Of a stretch of 64,000 nt of DNA, positions 46,653 to 56,375 are shown in pieces. Source of the DNA: an uncultured Pseudomonadota bacterium (GTDB lineage Bacteria > Pseudomonadota > Gammaproteobacteria > Steroidobacterales > Steroidobacteraceae); assembly GCA_963833085.1 (NCBI GenBank), contig CAWHWV010000008.1, positions 36,286 through 100,285 on the forward strand, in the 5' to 3' direction. Numbering within the stretch: position 1 is the stretch's first letter; each line of letters opens with the position of its first letter. A program made the position numbers and the translations under genes. The notes beneath the pieces are model-generated. The model was given only the letters and a program-made list of their open reading frames with translations, ran no database searches and was not told where the DNA came from.

Positions 46653-48158
46653 ATGTCCTTCTGGTCGCGCAAGACGATCGAAATGTGTACTGCCGAGGCG
46701 AACGGTGAGGCGGGTCCGCGCCTGCGCCGCTCACTCGGGGTGGTCGGTCTCACGGCTTTCGGCGTGGGATCCACGATCGGGGCGGGCATTTTTTCCCTGA
46801 CCGGTGACGTCGCGGCTCACCAGGCCGGACCGGCCGTCTCACTCGCCTTCGTGGTCGCGAGTGTCGCCTGCTTCTTCGCAGGACTCTGCTATGCCGAGTT
46901 CGCTGCGATGGTGCCAATCTCCGGCAGCGCCTATTCCTACGCCTTCGTCACTCTCGGCGAGGGAGTAGCCTGGATCATCGGCTGGAGCCTCGTACTCGAA
47001 TGGCTGTTTTCCGCTTCCGTGGTTGCAGTCAGCTGGTCCGGCTATACGAGCGCTGCGCTCGCGGATCTGGGGTTTCCCCTGCCAGCAGTCCTGATCCATT
47101 CTCCGTTCGCCATGAACGCCGCCGGCCATTTGACGCTGAGCGGCGCCTGGATCGACTTGCCGGCGATCTTCGTGGTGGCGGTCTGCACTGCGTTGGCTCT
47201 TGCAGGGACCCGGACGTCGCTGGGCACCAACACCGCGATCGTCGTGGCAAAGGTGATCGCGCTCGTGCTGCTCATCGTGATCGGCGCCCGGTACGTGCAT
47301 CCGGAGAATTGGCGACCGTTCATCCCGCGGAACACGGCAGGCTTCGGTCACTTCGGGTGGTCGGGAGTCGCCCGAGCGGCAGGCACGCTGTTCTTCGCCT
47401 ACATCGGATTCGACGGAGTATCGACACTGGCGGAAGAGGCCCGCAACCCGCAACGAACCGTGCCGTGGAGTCTATTCGCGTCGCTGGTCATCTGTACGGT
47501 GCTGTACGTCAGCGTGAGCGTCGTGGTCACTGGTCTCGCCCCTTACAGCGCACTAGGCGTGTCCGATCCACTCTACTTCGCGCTTTCCAGAGCAGGGGCG
47601 TCCCTCGGCTACCTTCGAGGTCTGGTGGCAGTCGTCGCCATTGCCGGGCTGCTCTCGGTGGTGTTGGCGAGCATCGTCGGGCAGGTCCGGATCTTCTTCT
47701 CCATGGCTCGTGACGGACTCTTGCCTCCGGCCTTCGGCCGCCTCAGCGGCTCGGGCGGCATTCCTTACCTGGCCACCATCATCACCGGTATCGCCGCCAC
47801 GGTCATGGCCGGCCTGGTGCCGCTCGAGCTGCTCGGGGAGCTGATCTCGATCGGGACGCTGCTCGCGTTTGCGATGGTGTGTGCCGGCGTGGTGATCCTG
47901 CGTCGCATCGCCCCCGAGGCTCGTAGGCCGTTCCGCACTCCGTGGGTGCCAGTGGTCCCAGCGCTGGGGGTTCTCAGTTGTGTGGCACTGATGCTGAGCC
48001 TCCCGGCCGGGACCTGGATTCGACTCGTAATATGGGTTGCCCTGGGCCTTGCGATCTACGGACTCTATGGCCGACGCAAGTCCAGGGTCAGCGCAGCTCT
48101 TGCTCGCAAAACTGCCGAATCCGCGCACACGCCGTATCGATCGTCGCTTCCTCCGTAG
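46653..48158 (+). CDS. amino acid permease (APC superfamily, cationic amino-acid transporter-like)
   Basis: LGVVGLTAFGVGSTIGAGIFSLTG…, about 12-14 TM helices, 501 aa. Confidence 0.9.
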   Translation: MSFWSRKTIEMCTAEANGEAGPRLRRSLGVVGLTAFGVGSTIGAGIFSLTGDVAAHQAGPAVSLAFVVASVACFFAGLCYAEFAAMVPISGSAYSYAFVTLGEGVAWIIGWSLVLEWLFSASVVAVSWSGYTSAALADLGFPLPAVLIHSPFAMNAAGHLTLSGAWIDLPAIFVVAVCTALALAGTRTSLGTNTAIVVAKVIALVLLIVIGARYVHPENWRPFIPRNTAGFGHFGWSGVARAAGTLFFAYIGFDGVSTLAEEARNPQRTVPWSLFASLVICTVLYVSVSVVVTGLAPYSALGVSDPLYFALSRAGASLGYLRGLVAVVAIAGLLSVVLASIVGQVRIFFSMARDGLLPPAFGRLSGSGGIPYLATIITGIAATVMAGLVPLELLGELISIGTLLAFAMVCAGVVILRRIAPEARRPFRTPWVPVVPALGVLSCVALMLSLPAGTWIRLVIWVALGLAIYGLYGRRKSRVSAALARKTAESAHTPYRSSLPP

Positions 48159-49251
48159 CGAAGCAGATACGCACGAACTGACGGGTACGGTGTCCGAACG
48201 CGGCTCCATCCATCACCGATACCCGCTGCCGCTCGTACAGCGCGCGCATGAATTCAGACGCGGACAAGCCAATATCCGACACATCTACCAACATAAACAT
48301 GCCGGCGTCCGGGACGGTGGGTCGGATGCCGGGAATGCCGCGAAGTCCCGTCAGCATCCGGTCGCGCCGAGTGTTGCAGAGCTCGCGGATTCGATGCTCC
48401 GCCTCAGCGGCCACTGACAGTGCCGCAATAGCAGCCTCCTGTATAAAGCCCGGCAGCCCGAAGAGCATGCACATGGCCAGTGCCTCGGCGTGCCTCACAA
48501 GATCTCGTGGACCGACGAGCCATCCCGCCCGCAATCCCGGCAATGAGTGGGACTTCGAGAGACTACCGAGGGTGACCACGCGCTCGGGCAGCGTTGCGGC
48601 AAGGCTCGGAGCACGGCCGCCGGGCGCGAGTCCCGCGTACACCTCATCGGAGATCAACCACAGGTCGTGCCGCCGGGCGATCTCCGCGATGGCGCCCAAC
48701 TCGGCCTGATTGATGATCACGCCACTCGGGTTAGAGGGAGTAGTCCACAGGATGACACGCGTCCGGGGCGATACCAGGGACTCGAGCACGCCGATGTCGG
48801 GACGAAACCCCGCACCGGTTGCGGCCCGAATCATCCGTGCTCCGGAAACCTCGATCGTGGCCGGATAGGTCGCATACATCGGATCAAATGTGATGACCTC
48901 GTCGCCCGGGCCCGCGAGGCACATCGAAGCGACGAATAACGCATTCTGCGCACCCGCGAGATACACCACATTCTCGTGCGATACCGCTTGCCCGGTGCGC
49001 GCCCGGTGCGCTTTTGCGATCGCCTCCAGCAGCGGGCGGCGGCCGGATGCCGGCGTGTAGCGCAGATCCCCCGCGCGCAGCCGTTCGATGGCCCGATCGA
49101 CCACCCCGGGAGGGGGTTCGAGATCGGGATCCCCAATACTCAGTACGATGACGTCTTCGCCGCGGGCGCGCGCGGCAGCGGCCTGATAATGGGTGACCCA
49201 CGCGTCGGAGCCATCACCGCTGATGCGATCGACGAGCGAAGAGAATCTCAT
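48088..49251 (-). CDS. class I/II PLP-dependent aminotransferase, AruH (arginine:pyruvate transaminase)-like
   Basis: MRFSSLVDRISGDGSDAW…LSIGDPD…LAGAQNAL…LSKSHSLPGLRAGW. It resembles AruH as far as I recall that sequence. An alternative start lies at 49269. Confidence 0.85.
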   Translation of the reverse strand: MRFSSLVDRISGDGSDAWVTHYQAAAARARGEDVIVLSIGDPDLEPPPGVVDRAIERLRAGDLRYTPASGRRPLLEAIAKAHRARTGQAVSHENVVYLAGAQNALFVASMCLAGPGDEVITFDPMYATYPATIEVSGARMIRAATGAGFRPDIGVLESLVSPRTRVILWTTPSNPSGVIINQAELGAIAEIARRHDLWLISDEVYAGLAPGGRAPSLAATLPERVVTLGSLSKSHSLPGLRAGWLVGPRDLVRHAEALAMCMLFGLPGFIQEAAIAALSVAAEAEHRIRELCNTRRDRMLTGLRGIPGIRPTVPDAGMFMLVDVSDIGLSASEFMRALYERQRVSVMDGAAFGHRTRQFVRICFATEEATIDTACARIRQFCEQELR

Positions 49252-49297
49252 AGTCCTCGAACTTTGCATTTTTATTTACGCGTGTCAATATAAAATC

Positions 49298-50899
49298 ATG
49301 AGCGCCACTTCGACGGTTGGTCGTTACGTTGTCGAGCTGCTTGCTGCCAACGGCATCGATGTAGTGTTCGGCATACCGGGCGTGCATACGCTCGAGTTGT
49401 ATCGCGGTCTGGCGCTCACCGGCATGCGCCACGTTCTCGTCAGGCACGAGCAGAATGCCGGCTTCGCCGCGGATGGCTATGCGCGTGTGACGGGCCGGCC
49501 CGCGGCAGCATTCGTCATTTCGGGTCCGGGAATGACGAACGCGCTGACGGCGGTGGCGCAAGCATATTCCGATTCCGTCCCAATGATCGTTGTGGCGAGC
49601 GCGCCAGTGCGCGCTTCATTGGGCAAGGGATGGGGTGTTCTTCACGAGGTGCCCGATCAGTTGGCACTCGCAGCCGGTGTCGCGGGGCTGGCGCGAGCCG
49701 CATATTCGGCTGAGGACGTTCGCGATCATCTCCGGGCGATGTTCGCTTCCTTCCGTACCGGCCGTGCACGGCCCGCGTACCTGCAGATTCCATTGGACTT
49801 GCTGGCCGAGCCCACGGATTTGAAGCCGGAGAGATTTGCCGACCCTGACTCTCGCCCCTTACCTCCACAAGGCGCGATCGAGCGCGCGGCTTCCGCGCTC
49901 GCGGCCGCGAGGCGGCCGCTCATCATTGCAGGAGGAGGTGCCCGCGAGGCCTCTGACCTGCTGCTACGACTCGTTGATGTGCTGGACGGATACTTCGTCT
50001 CGACAACGGCCGGCAAAGGGTTGCTGCCGGAAGATCATCCGGCCAACCTCGGCGCGTCACTCCCTTTCCGCGAGACTCAGGAGCTCGTCGCCACAGCCGA
50101 CGTGGTCGTCGCGGCGGGCACGGAGTTGTCCGAGACGGATTTCTATACCGGCACCCGCCTGCCGATGTCCGGGCGGCTGATCCGGATCGACCTCGATCCG
50201 ACGAAGCTCTCGGATCAATACGGCGCCGAGATCCCCGTTTGGGGCGATGCGCGCGCGAGCCTCGAGGGGATCGCGGCCGGCGTCAAGAAACGTCCTGGCT
50301 GGCGTACGGAGGCTGGCCCAGCGGCTGACCATCGGGCCAAAATCGAGCGGTCCCTAAACGCCCCCGCGCGCGCCCGTCTCAAGGCGTTGAAAGCGATCCG
50401 CGAGGGCGTACCCGCCGACGGCGTAGTCTTCAGCGATCAAACTCAGATCGCGTACCTTGGCAACTATGCCTACGCCGTGGACCGGCCCGGGTGCTGGTTC
50501 CATCCCTGTGGTTACGGTGCTCTGGGTTTTGCGCTGCCCGCCGCCATCGGTGCAAAGATCGCGCAACCCGAGCGGCCCGTCGTCGCGCTCTCCGGAGACT
50601 TCGGCCTGCAGTTTACGTTGCAGGACCTCATGACGGCCGTCGAATTGGAGCTAAGTTTGCCCGTCGTGGTCTGGAACAACGCCGCACTGGGACAGATCCG
50701 CGACGACATGCAGTCCGCCGGGATACCGCCGGTCGGTGTTGTAGCGCTCAATCCTGATTTCCCATCCGTGGCGCGAGCGTTCGGGGCCGAAGGCGTACGC
50801 GCAGCGAGCCCGGCAGCGCTGACCGAAGGCATACGCCGGGCATTAACCCGCAAGGGACCTACGCTCATAGAAGCGGTCGAGGCAGACTTCCTGGCGTAG
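49298..50899 (+). CDS. thiamine-pyrophosphate enzyme, 5-guanidino-2-oxopentanoate decarboxylase (AruI)-like
   Basis: MSATSTVGRYVVELLAANGIDVVFGIPGVHTLELYRGL…RHEQNAGFAADGYARV…SGPGMTN…GDFGLQF. Confidence 0.85.
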   Translation: MSATSTVGRYVVELLAANGIDVVFGIPGVHTLELYRGLALTGMRHVLVRHEQNAGFAADGYARVTGRPAAAFVISGPGMTNALTAVAQAYSDSVPMIVVASAPVRASLGKGWGVLHEVPDQLALAAGVAGLARAAYSAEDVRDHLRAMFASFRTGRARPAYLQIPLDLLAEPTDLKPERFADPDSRPLPPQGAIERAASALAAARRPLIIAGGGAREASDLLLRLVDVLDGYFVSTTAGKGLLPEDHPANLGASLPFRETQELVATADVVVAAGTELSETDFYTGTRLPMSGRLIRIDLDPTKLSDQYGAEIPVWGDARASLEGIAAGVKKRPGWRTEAGPAADHRAKIERSLNAPARARLKALKAIREGVPADGVVFSDQTQIAYLGNYAYAVDRPGCWFHPCGYGALGFALPAAIGAKIAQPERPVVALSGDFGLQFTLQDLMTAVELELSLPVVVWNNAALGQIRDDMQSAGIPPVGVVALNPDFPSVARAFGAEGVRAASPAALTEGIRRALTRKGPTLIEAVEADFLA

Positions 50900-50927
50900 G
50901 CCCGGCAGACAACGAGGCCACTGGCAG

Positions 50928-53525
50928 TCATGACCTGCGTGGGGAAACCATACCGCGTGCGTGAGCCGTTGCAACGGCTTCGGCCCGTGAGTGCACCCCC
51001 AGCTTTGCCAGCAGCGAGCATACGTGGTGTTCAACGGTCTTCGGTGAGCGGTGCAGCAACCGCGCGAGCTGCGGGTTCGTCAAGCCGCGCGCAAGCAGCT
51101 GTAGTACCTCCAGTTCCTTTGTCGTCAGGTTCGAGGGGTTTCCCAGCGTGGCCCTTCTCGGGCCGCGCGGAACACCGCGCGCACCGCGCTCTCGCAAGCG
51201 CTGGCGCACAAGTGCGGCGAGCGGCCCCGCCTCAAGTCCGAGCAGAATTGCGAGTGCCTCGCGCAGGGCATCTTCGCCTCCTTCCATCAAGGCAAGCGCG
51301 CGCTCATACGGTTGGCCAATGCGTTCCCACGCATCGGCCGCCGCCCGCCAGTCGCCGGCCAGCATCAATCGGTAGGGCTGCGCCGCCTCGCCCGCGAGCT
51401 CGGGGGGCCGGGCCCGCGACTGCCAGAATAACAACTCACCGTTGAGCCATGGTGTCGTGTGTCCAGCCACGTGCTCGAGTCCGACGGCGGCCTCGCGCGC
51501 GACGTCAGTGAGATTACCGCGATACCATGCCTGCTCGGCGCGTGCCGCGGCCACGCGTGCGATGCGGCTGGTTTCCCCTGTAGGCAGGGCGAGCCGCAGA
51601 GCCTCGTCCAACAGCTCGTCCGTGCCTTCTTCCCCGCGGCGCAGCCGCACCAGCGCCAGGGTGGTGATGACGGTCACGCGTTGAGTCACACCGCTGATCG
51701 ACGATCCGTGCAGCAGCTCGCCCGCCGAACGCGCCGCGTCCGTCCACCTCCCACGATCGAGCTCGCACACGGTGTAATAGGCCCGGATATAAGCGCTGTG
51801 CGAGAAAATTCCTCGCTCTTCGCAATACTCGACGCCCTCATGGAAGGCCCGTTCCGCCCGCGGGAAGTCGTGATTCAAGCCGGCATAGAACTGCAGGGTC
51901 CGATAAGCGCGTGCGCCATGATCCTCGAGCCCGTGCTCGAGAGCGAGCGAGAGACTCCTTTCGAGAGGCTCGTAGCCTGCGCGATCGCCCGTGCCGAGCA
52001 GCGCTCCACCGATCTGACAGAGCGCGTGCGACTCGGCCGCGTTATCGGCGAACTCGCGGGCGATCGCCAGCGCGCGCTGCCCGTACTCGAGCGCTTCCCG
52101 ATTCCATCCCCGATTGAGGGCCAGGAGAGACTTCGCCCCGTAGGCCATCGCCAGGTGGGTACCGCGCGGCAGCGTCTCAAGCAGCGCTATTGCACCCGCG
52201 ACAGACTCATCCGCGCCCGCTTTGTCGCCCACCGTACGATATTCCTGAGCAAGCAGTGTCAGGACGCGGGACTGCGCCTCGACATTGCCGACCTCGCGCC
52301 AGGCTGCGGCTGCGGCGGCGCCGGATGCGATCGCGTCCCGCGTCTGATTCGCAAGAGCGCTTTCCAACGCATGGCACTCGAGGAGCTCCGCCTGCGCAAT
52401 GTGCGTGAGCAGGGCTCCATGGCGCAGCGCGGTGCTCAAGTGTGCGGCCGCCTCCCGGTGGGCGCCGAGCCGCGCCGCTTGTCTGGCGGCGAGCGGCGCA
52501 TTTTCGAGAACCGCTGCCGCATCCCCAGCCAAAACGGCGTGATGCACCAGGCGGGCGGGGTCCGCGCCACGGCACCTGAGCGCATCGAGCACTCTGATGT
52601 GCATCGCCCGGACGCGCTCGGGCGCAATCGCGCTGAGTACCGCAAGCCGCGCAAGCTGATGGCGAAAGCCGATCGAGTCGCTCTGGATTTCGAGCAGGCC
52701 GCGAGCACCGGCTTCGTCGACGACCGCCAGGCAGATTCGCAGAACCGCATCTACGAGCCAAGCCTCGGTCCTGGTTGGCGAGATCGCGACGAGCTCGGCA
52801 AGCTCGCGGGTCGTGCCCGAGCAGCGTGCGAGTCGCGCCAGGACCGCATCGCGCACTGTTTCCGGGACCGGCGCGCCCGGGCTCGCAAGCACCTCGCGCA
52901 CGAAGAACGGATTGCCCCCGGTCGTCTCGTGCAGCAGACGAGCATCGCGTCCGCTCTCGCGCGCGAGCATCTCGACCGCCGCGAGGGACAGCGGCGCAAG
53001 CCGGAGCCGGATGACCTGCAGTCCCGTCAGCTCCCCGAGAGCCAGGCGCAGGGGATGCGCGGGGAAGAGCTCTTCGTCGCGATAGGTCGCGAGAAGGAGC
53101 GCACTGGTGCGCTGCATGCGTCGACCGATGAAGCGAAGGAAGTCGAGCGTCGCCTCGTCCGCCCAGTGAAGATCCTCGAGGACGAGGATGCTTGCGGTGC
53201 CGGCACGCCGTGAGACCTCATCGAGCAGAACGCGAAACAGCCGATCGCGCGATTCAGCCTCGTCGGTACCGGGCGCCCCGAGGCCGACGGTTTGCGCGGC
53301 AATCTCGTGCACCGGTGCGAGCGCCCGCGGCGTGGTGAGCGGATCGCACGCGCCCCACAGCACGCGCGCCTCGCGCCGGTGCTCCAGCGCGAACTGCTCC
53401 ACGAGCGAGCTCTTGCCGATGCCGGCTTCCCCAGCAATGAGGATCAGCTTGCCGGAACCCGCTCGGGCCTCCTGCAGGCACCGACTTAGCGTCTCAAGCT
53501 CGCTTTGGCGTTCGAGCAGCTGCAT
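50928..53525 (-). CDS. LuxR-family regulator with an N-terminal AAA/STAND ATPase (MalT/LAL-like)
   Basis: Walker A GEAGIGKSSL, a long TPR-like middle region, and a C-terminal LTTKELEVLQLLARGLTNPQLARLLHRSPKTVEHH. Confidence 0.85.
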   Translation of the reverse strand: MQLLERQSELETLSRCLQEARAGSGKLILIAGEAGIGKSSLVEQFALEHRREARVLWGACDPLTTPRALAPVHEIAAQTVGLGAPGTDEAESRDRLFRVLLDEVSRRAGTASILVLEDLHWADEATLDFLRFIGRRMQRTSALLLATYRDEELFPAHPLRLALGELTGLQVIRLRLAPLSLAAVEMLARESGRDARLLHETTGGNPFFVREVLASPGAPVPETVRDAVLARLARCSGTTRELAELVAISPTRTEAWLVDAVLRICLAVVDEAGARGLLEIQSDSIGFRHQLARLAVLSAIAPERVRAMHIRVLDALRCRGADPARLVHHAVLAGDAAAVLENAPLAARQAARLGAHREAAAHLSTALRHGALLTHIAQAELLECHALESALANQTRDAIASGAAAAAAWREVGNVEAQSRVLTLLAQEYRTVGDKAGADESVAGAIALLETLPRGTHLAMAYGAKSLLALNRGWNREALEYGQRALAIAREFADNAAESHALCQIGGALLGTGDRAGYEPLERSLSLALEHGLEDHGARAYRTLQFYAGLNHDFPRAERAFHEGVEYCEERGIFSHSAYIRAYYTVCELDRGRWTDAARSAGELLHGSSISGVTQRVTVITTLALVRLRRGEEGTDELLDEALRLALPTGETSRIARVAAARAEQAWYRGNLTDVAREAAVGLEHVAGHTTPWLNGELLFWQSRARPPELAGEAAQPYRLMLAGDWRAAADAWERIGQPYERALALMEGGEDALREALAILLGLEAGPLAALVRQRLRERGARGVPRGPRRATLGNPSNLTTKELEVLQLLARGLTNPQLARLLHRSPKTVEHHVCSLLAKLGVHSRAEAVATAHARGMVSPRRS

Positions 53526-53721
53526 ACGCGCCGATTATGCAACCGAGGCGCCCATCTAGACCAAGCCGATCGCCACCCGCATCTTGGGGGCCGGCTCGAA
53601 AAAATGGGGTGCGAGAAGTCGCAAGTTCGGGGTGCCTACCCGATTCGCGCGGCAGGTCGCGACAGTACCGTGCGCCAGCTGTTTCCGAACACTTCAACCC
53701 TGAACCACCAGGAGATATGCC

Positions 53722-54084
53722 ATGCGCTCCGCACTGATTGCTGCCATTCGGCTCCGACCATCGCCACATGCCCTGACGGTGCTCATTCAGCTCGCCGTCT
53801 TGTCCGCCCTGTCCGGCTGCACATTGCCCGTTGTCGCGCAGGTTCCAACGGTAACGCTCACCTACCGTACGGCGGATCTTGCCACCGAGCGAGGCGTCCG
53901 GGTTCTCTACCGCCGCATCGAGCGAGCCGCTCGCCAGGTATGTCCCGAATACGATCCACTTGACCTCCATGGAGACTCGCTCAGCCGGGTCTGTCAGGGG
54001 CGTGCGATCGCGGACGCCGTGCGCCAAATCGGCAACCCTCGGCTCGCAACCATCAATTCCGCCATGCGCTCACCCCAAGGCTAA
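53722..54084 (+). CDS. UrcA family protein
   Basis: A signal/lipobox-like N-terminus, then YRTADLATERGVRVLYRRIERAARQVC…CQGRAIADAV. Confidence 0.65.
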   Translation: MRSALIAAIRLRPSPHALTVLIQLAVLSALSGCTLPVVAQVPTVTLTYRTADLATERGVRVLYRRIERAARQVCPEYDPLDLHGDSLSRVCQGRAIADAVRQIGNPRLATINSAMRSPQG

Positions 54085-54209
54085 TCCGCGGTAGTGCGCA
54101 TTGAACGTCGCCGCCGCCATTTTTGAGGGTGGAGGTGCCGCTGTCTTCAAAAGGGATGCGGCGCAGCAGCCGAGGCCGACTTGCTGGCGCAGGCGTGCGT
54201 TGACGACAG

Positions 54210-54626
54210 TCAATCTCCGGGGACGTTGAATCGACTTCGCGGTATCTCGGCTATTGCTGAGATTTCAATCAGCAAGTCCGGATGATAAAGGCGAACGACT
54301 TGCACGGTCGTCGTCACGGGGTAGGGCTCCGAAAAGAACTCCCTGCGGATGTCTCCTGCTGCCATGAACTGCTCGATATCGGTCGCATATTGGGTCAGCG
54401 ACACAATATCTGACATTTCTCCCCCGATGGATGCCAACACAGCTTTAATGTTCTCGAGCGTCTTCCGTAGTTGGACTCGCATGTCACCCTTGCCGACGAC
54501 CTGGCCATCGCGATCAAGCGCAACCTGGCCCTTCAGATGAGCGAGCTGCCCTCCCTCGTGGATTTTGACCATGGAGAATGTGCCGAAGGGCTTCCATACC
54601 GTAGAGGGATTATAACTTTTGGCCAT
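54210..54626 (-). CDS. RidA/YjgF/L-PSP family protein
   Basis: 138 aa from the ATG at 54626 with its own AGGA RBS: MAKSYNPSTVWKPFGTFSMV…GDMRVQLRKTLENIKAVLAS…IVSLTQY…TTVQV…LIEISAIA. Confidence 0.8.
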   Translation of the reverse strand: MAKSYNPSTVWKPFGTFSMVKIHEGGQLAHLKGQVALDRDGQVVGKGDMRVQLRKTLENIKAVLASIGGEMSDIVSLTQYATDIEQFMAAGDIRREFFSEPYPVTTTVQVVRLYHPDLLIEISAIAEIPRSRFNVPGD

Positions 54627-54857
54627 TTCAGTCCTCGGACCTCTCCCGTCTAGGCGGCGGCGCACGTCGGCCAGGACATCGGCCGCGAGCCGGCCGCGAA
54701 TTCTATCGACATAGTAGGCTTTCACGCGGCGGTCGAGTTCAGCCTTTTGCTCCGCAGTGACAGGAAGCGCTTTGCGATCCTCAGCGATGCTATCCCATAG
54801 GTTTTCGACGAGCTTTATGCGCTCTTCGAGCGGTAACTGTTGCAAATTGGCGTTCAT
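54627..54857 (-). other. addiction-module antitoxin-component-like segment reading in frame into ridA with no stop codon
   Basis: MNANLQQLPLEERIKLVENLWDSIAEDRKALPVTAEQKAELDRRV… is the pattern of the small 'putative addiction module component' family. The ORF track shows one continuous 215-aa ORF (54857..54210). Confidence 0.5.
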
Positions 54858-54906
54858 CAGAATGTGCCGATTTCAATCCTAGATGAGGGGGAGCTCTAGC
54901 GCCGTG

Positions 54907-55062
54907 CGCAAGCTCTTCGCGAACGATCTCGCGCATTACCTTAGCAGTGAGAGGCCGGTCATCTTCCCTGAGTGATGCGCGCAGGGCCTCGTTGATGAGG
55001 GTCTGGTATCCCCGCCCAGCGGCTTCTGCTTTGGCACGGAACGAGTTGGGAACGGCGATGGA
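54907..55062 (-). pseudogene. CopG/RHH (BrnA-like) antitoxin remnant
   Basis: …SIAVPNSFRAKAEAAGRGYQTLINEALRASL… lies inside ORF 55230..54790. There is no convincing N-terminus or partner toxin, and its tail overlaps the next ORF. Confidence 0.3.
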
Positions 55063-55624
55063 CTCCTGTTGTACACCTATGGACTGTGGTCTGCCCGGGG
55101 CCGGACTCACAATAGCTGCATAAGCTACTGATATTGCAGGGATTGATCCGGCTCGATTCCTCAGCTTACCCCCGTTTTCGGCTGAGCCTGCCTCCGCCAT
55201 CCGAGGCGGCCCCCGCCGGTGGTGGAACACCGGCGAGGACCTACCACAACCAGCCTGGTTTGGAGGCCGATCATGGGTACTGCTACACGGCGAGATTCTA
55301 CTCGCCCGTCACGATCACGCTCTTCTCGGATGTCCTCGGCTGTCCGCAGACGGTCCATGCGGATTGCCGAGCCGGATTTCGATGGATTACTCGGCAGGTT
55401 CGCCGATGCGATCACGCTCGATTCGCGTCTCTCACCGGTCGCTCGATGCGCTCGAGGTCGCCTTCGAGGAGGAATTCGTGCTGCGGAGGGGACTCGCCGC
55501 GCTCGATGCCGTCTACAACGAACTCGATCTCGCCATTGTCGCCATCCACACGCGCACACCGCGTACCAAGGGCGCCCAACGCCGTTCATCGTCGACACGC
55601 CGAGGGCGTTCACTTGGGTAGTGC

Positions 55625-55650
55625 TCAGGAAATCTCAGGAGGTATCAGGA
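55625..55650. repeat. three direct TCAGGA repeats at exact 10-bp spacing
   Basis: TCAGGA occurs at 55625, 55635 and 55645. GTATC motifs recur just downstream. Confidence 0.6.
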
Positions 55651-55912
55651 GCGTTCACGCGGTATCAACGCGAACGGAGCATCCAAGAGTATCCAACAGC
55701 GTCAGTCACGTTTCTAAGCCTGACATCTGACCGCGTCTGAGCGCATCAGGTGACGGCCAGAAAGTGAAGTATTGGGGTAAATTCGGTACCAATAGAGGCT
55801 TCCATTTTCAATTCAACTGAATACACTCGGCTTACAGGTGAGTTGAGATTTACAACTTCCGCTCAGCCAAAGCCGCCACAGATCCACTTGTCTTCGCAGA
55901 GAGGTGTCTGCC

Positions 55913-56197
55913 ATGAACGATCGCGTGCTGTACTCCATCACTGAGGCCCGGGAGCTCCTGGGCAAGATGTCGCGGAACATGATCTACGACTTGCTGCGAA
56001 GCGGTGAGCTGCCGAGCGTGGTCATTGGGTGCCGGCGTTACATCTCCGCAGAGGCCATCTCCGAGCTCGTCAAGAAGTCGACGACGACACGGAGCCCAGC
56101 CATTGAGGCTCTACGCTCCCGACCGATTCAGCCGTCTCTGGGGCTTCTCCCGCCGCCACAGAGTGCTCGGTCGCGACGCCGAGTCAGTAACGGCTGA
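55913..56197 (+). CDS. excisionase-family / AlpA-like HTH DNA-binding protein
   Basis: MNDRVLYSITEARELLGKMSRNMIYDLLRSGELPSVVIGCRRYISAEAISELV. Confidence 0.7.
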   Translation: MNDRVLYSITEARELLGKMSRNMIYDLLRSGELPSVVIGCRRYISAEAISELVKKSTTTRSPAIEALRSRPIQPSLGLLPPPQSARSRRRVSNG

Positions 56198-56375
56198 CGA
56201 CCTGGCAGACGTTCTTATGAGCTGCGCAAAGGGGCATCACGCAATCGGACCGATGGGTTCGCCGGAGTGGGCGAGCCCTGGTCCCGGTTTGCCGTATGAT
56301 CGGTTCCTGCGCGCCGCAGCTCGCACGCGGAGCAGCGTTTTGGAGTTGGTGTTTTGTTGAGGGCAGGATAGCGAA

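Noticed and set aside
55161-55740. ORFs of 150-198 aa in the 55.1-55.7 kb gap (55134..55730 +, 55219..55740 +, 55161..55613 -). I examined them as a possible integrase or BrnT-like toxin.
   Set aside because: The translations are Arg/Ser/Pro-rich, lack any recombinase (R..HxxR..Y) or DUF497 motifs, and overlap one another. I treat the region as non-coding or decayed.
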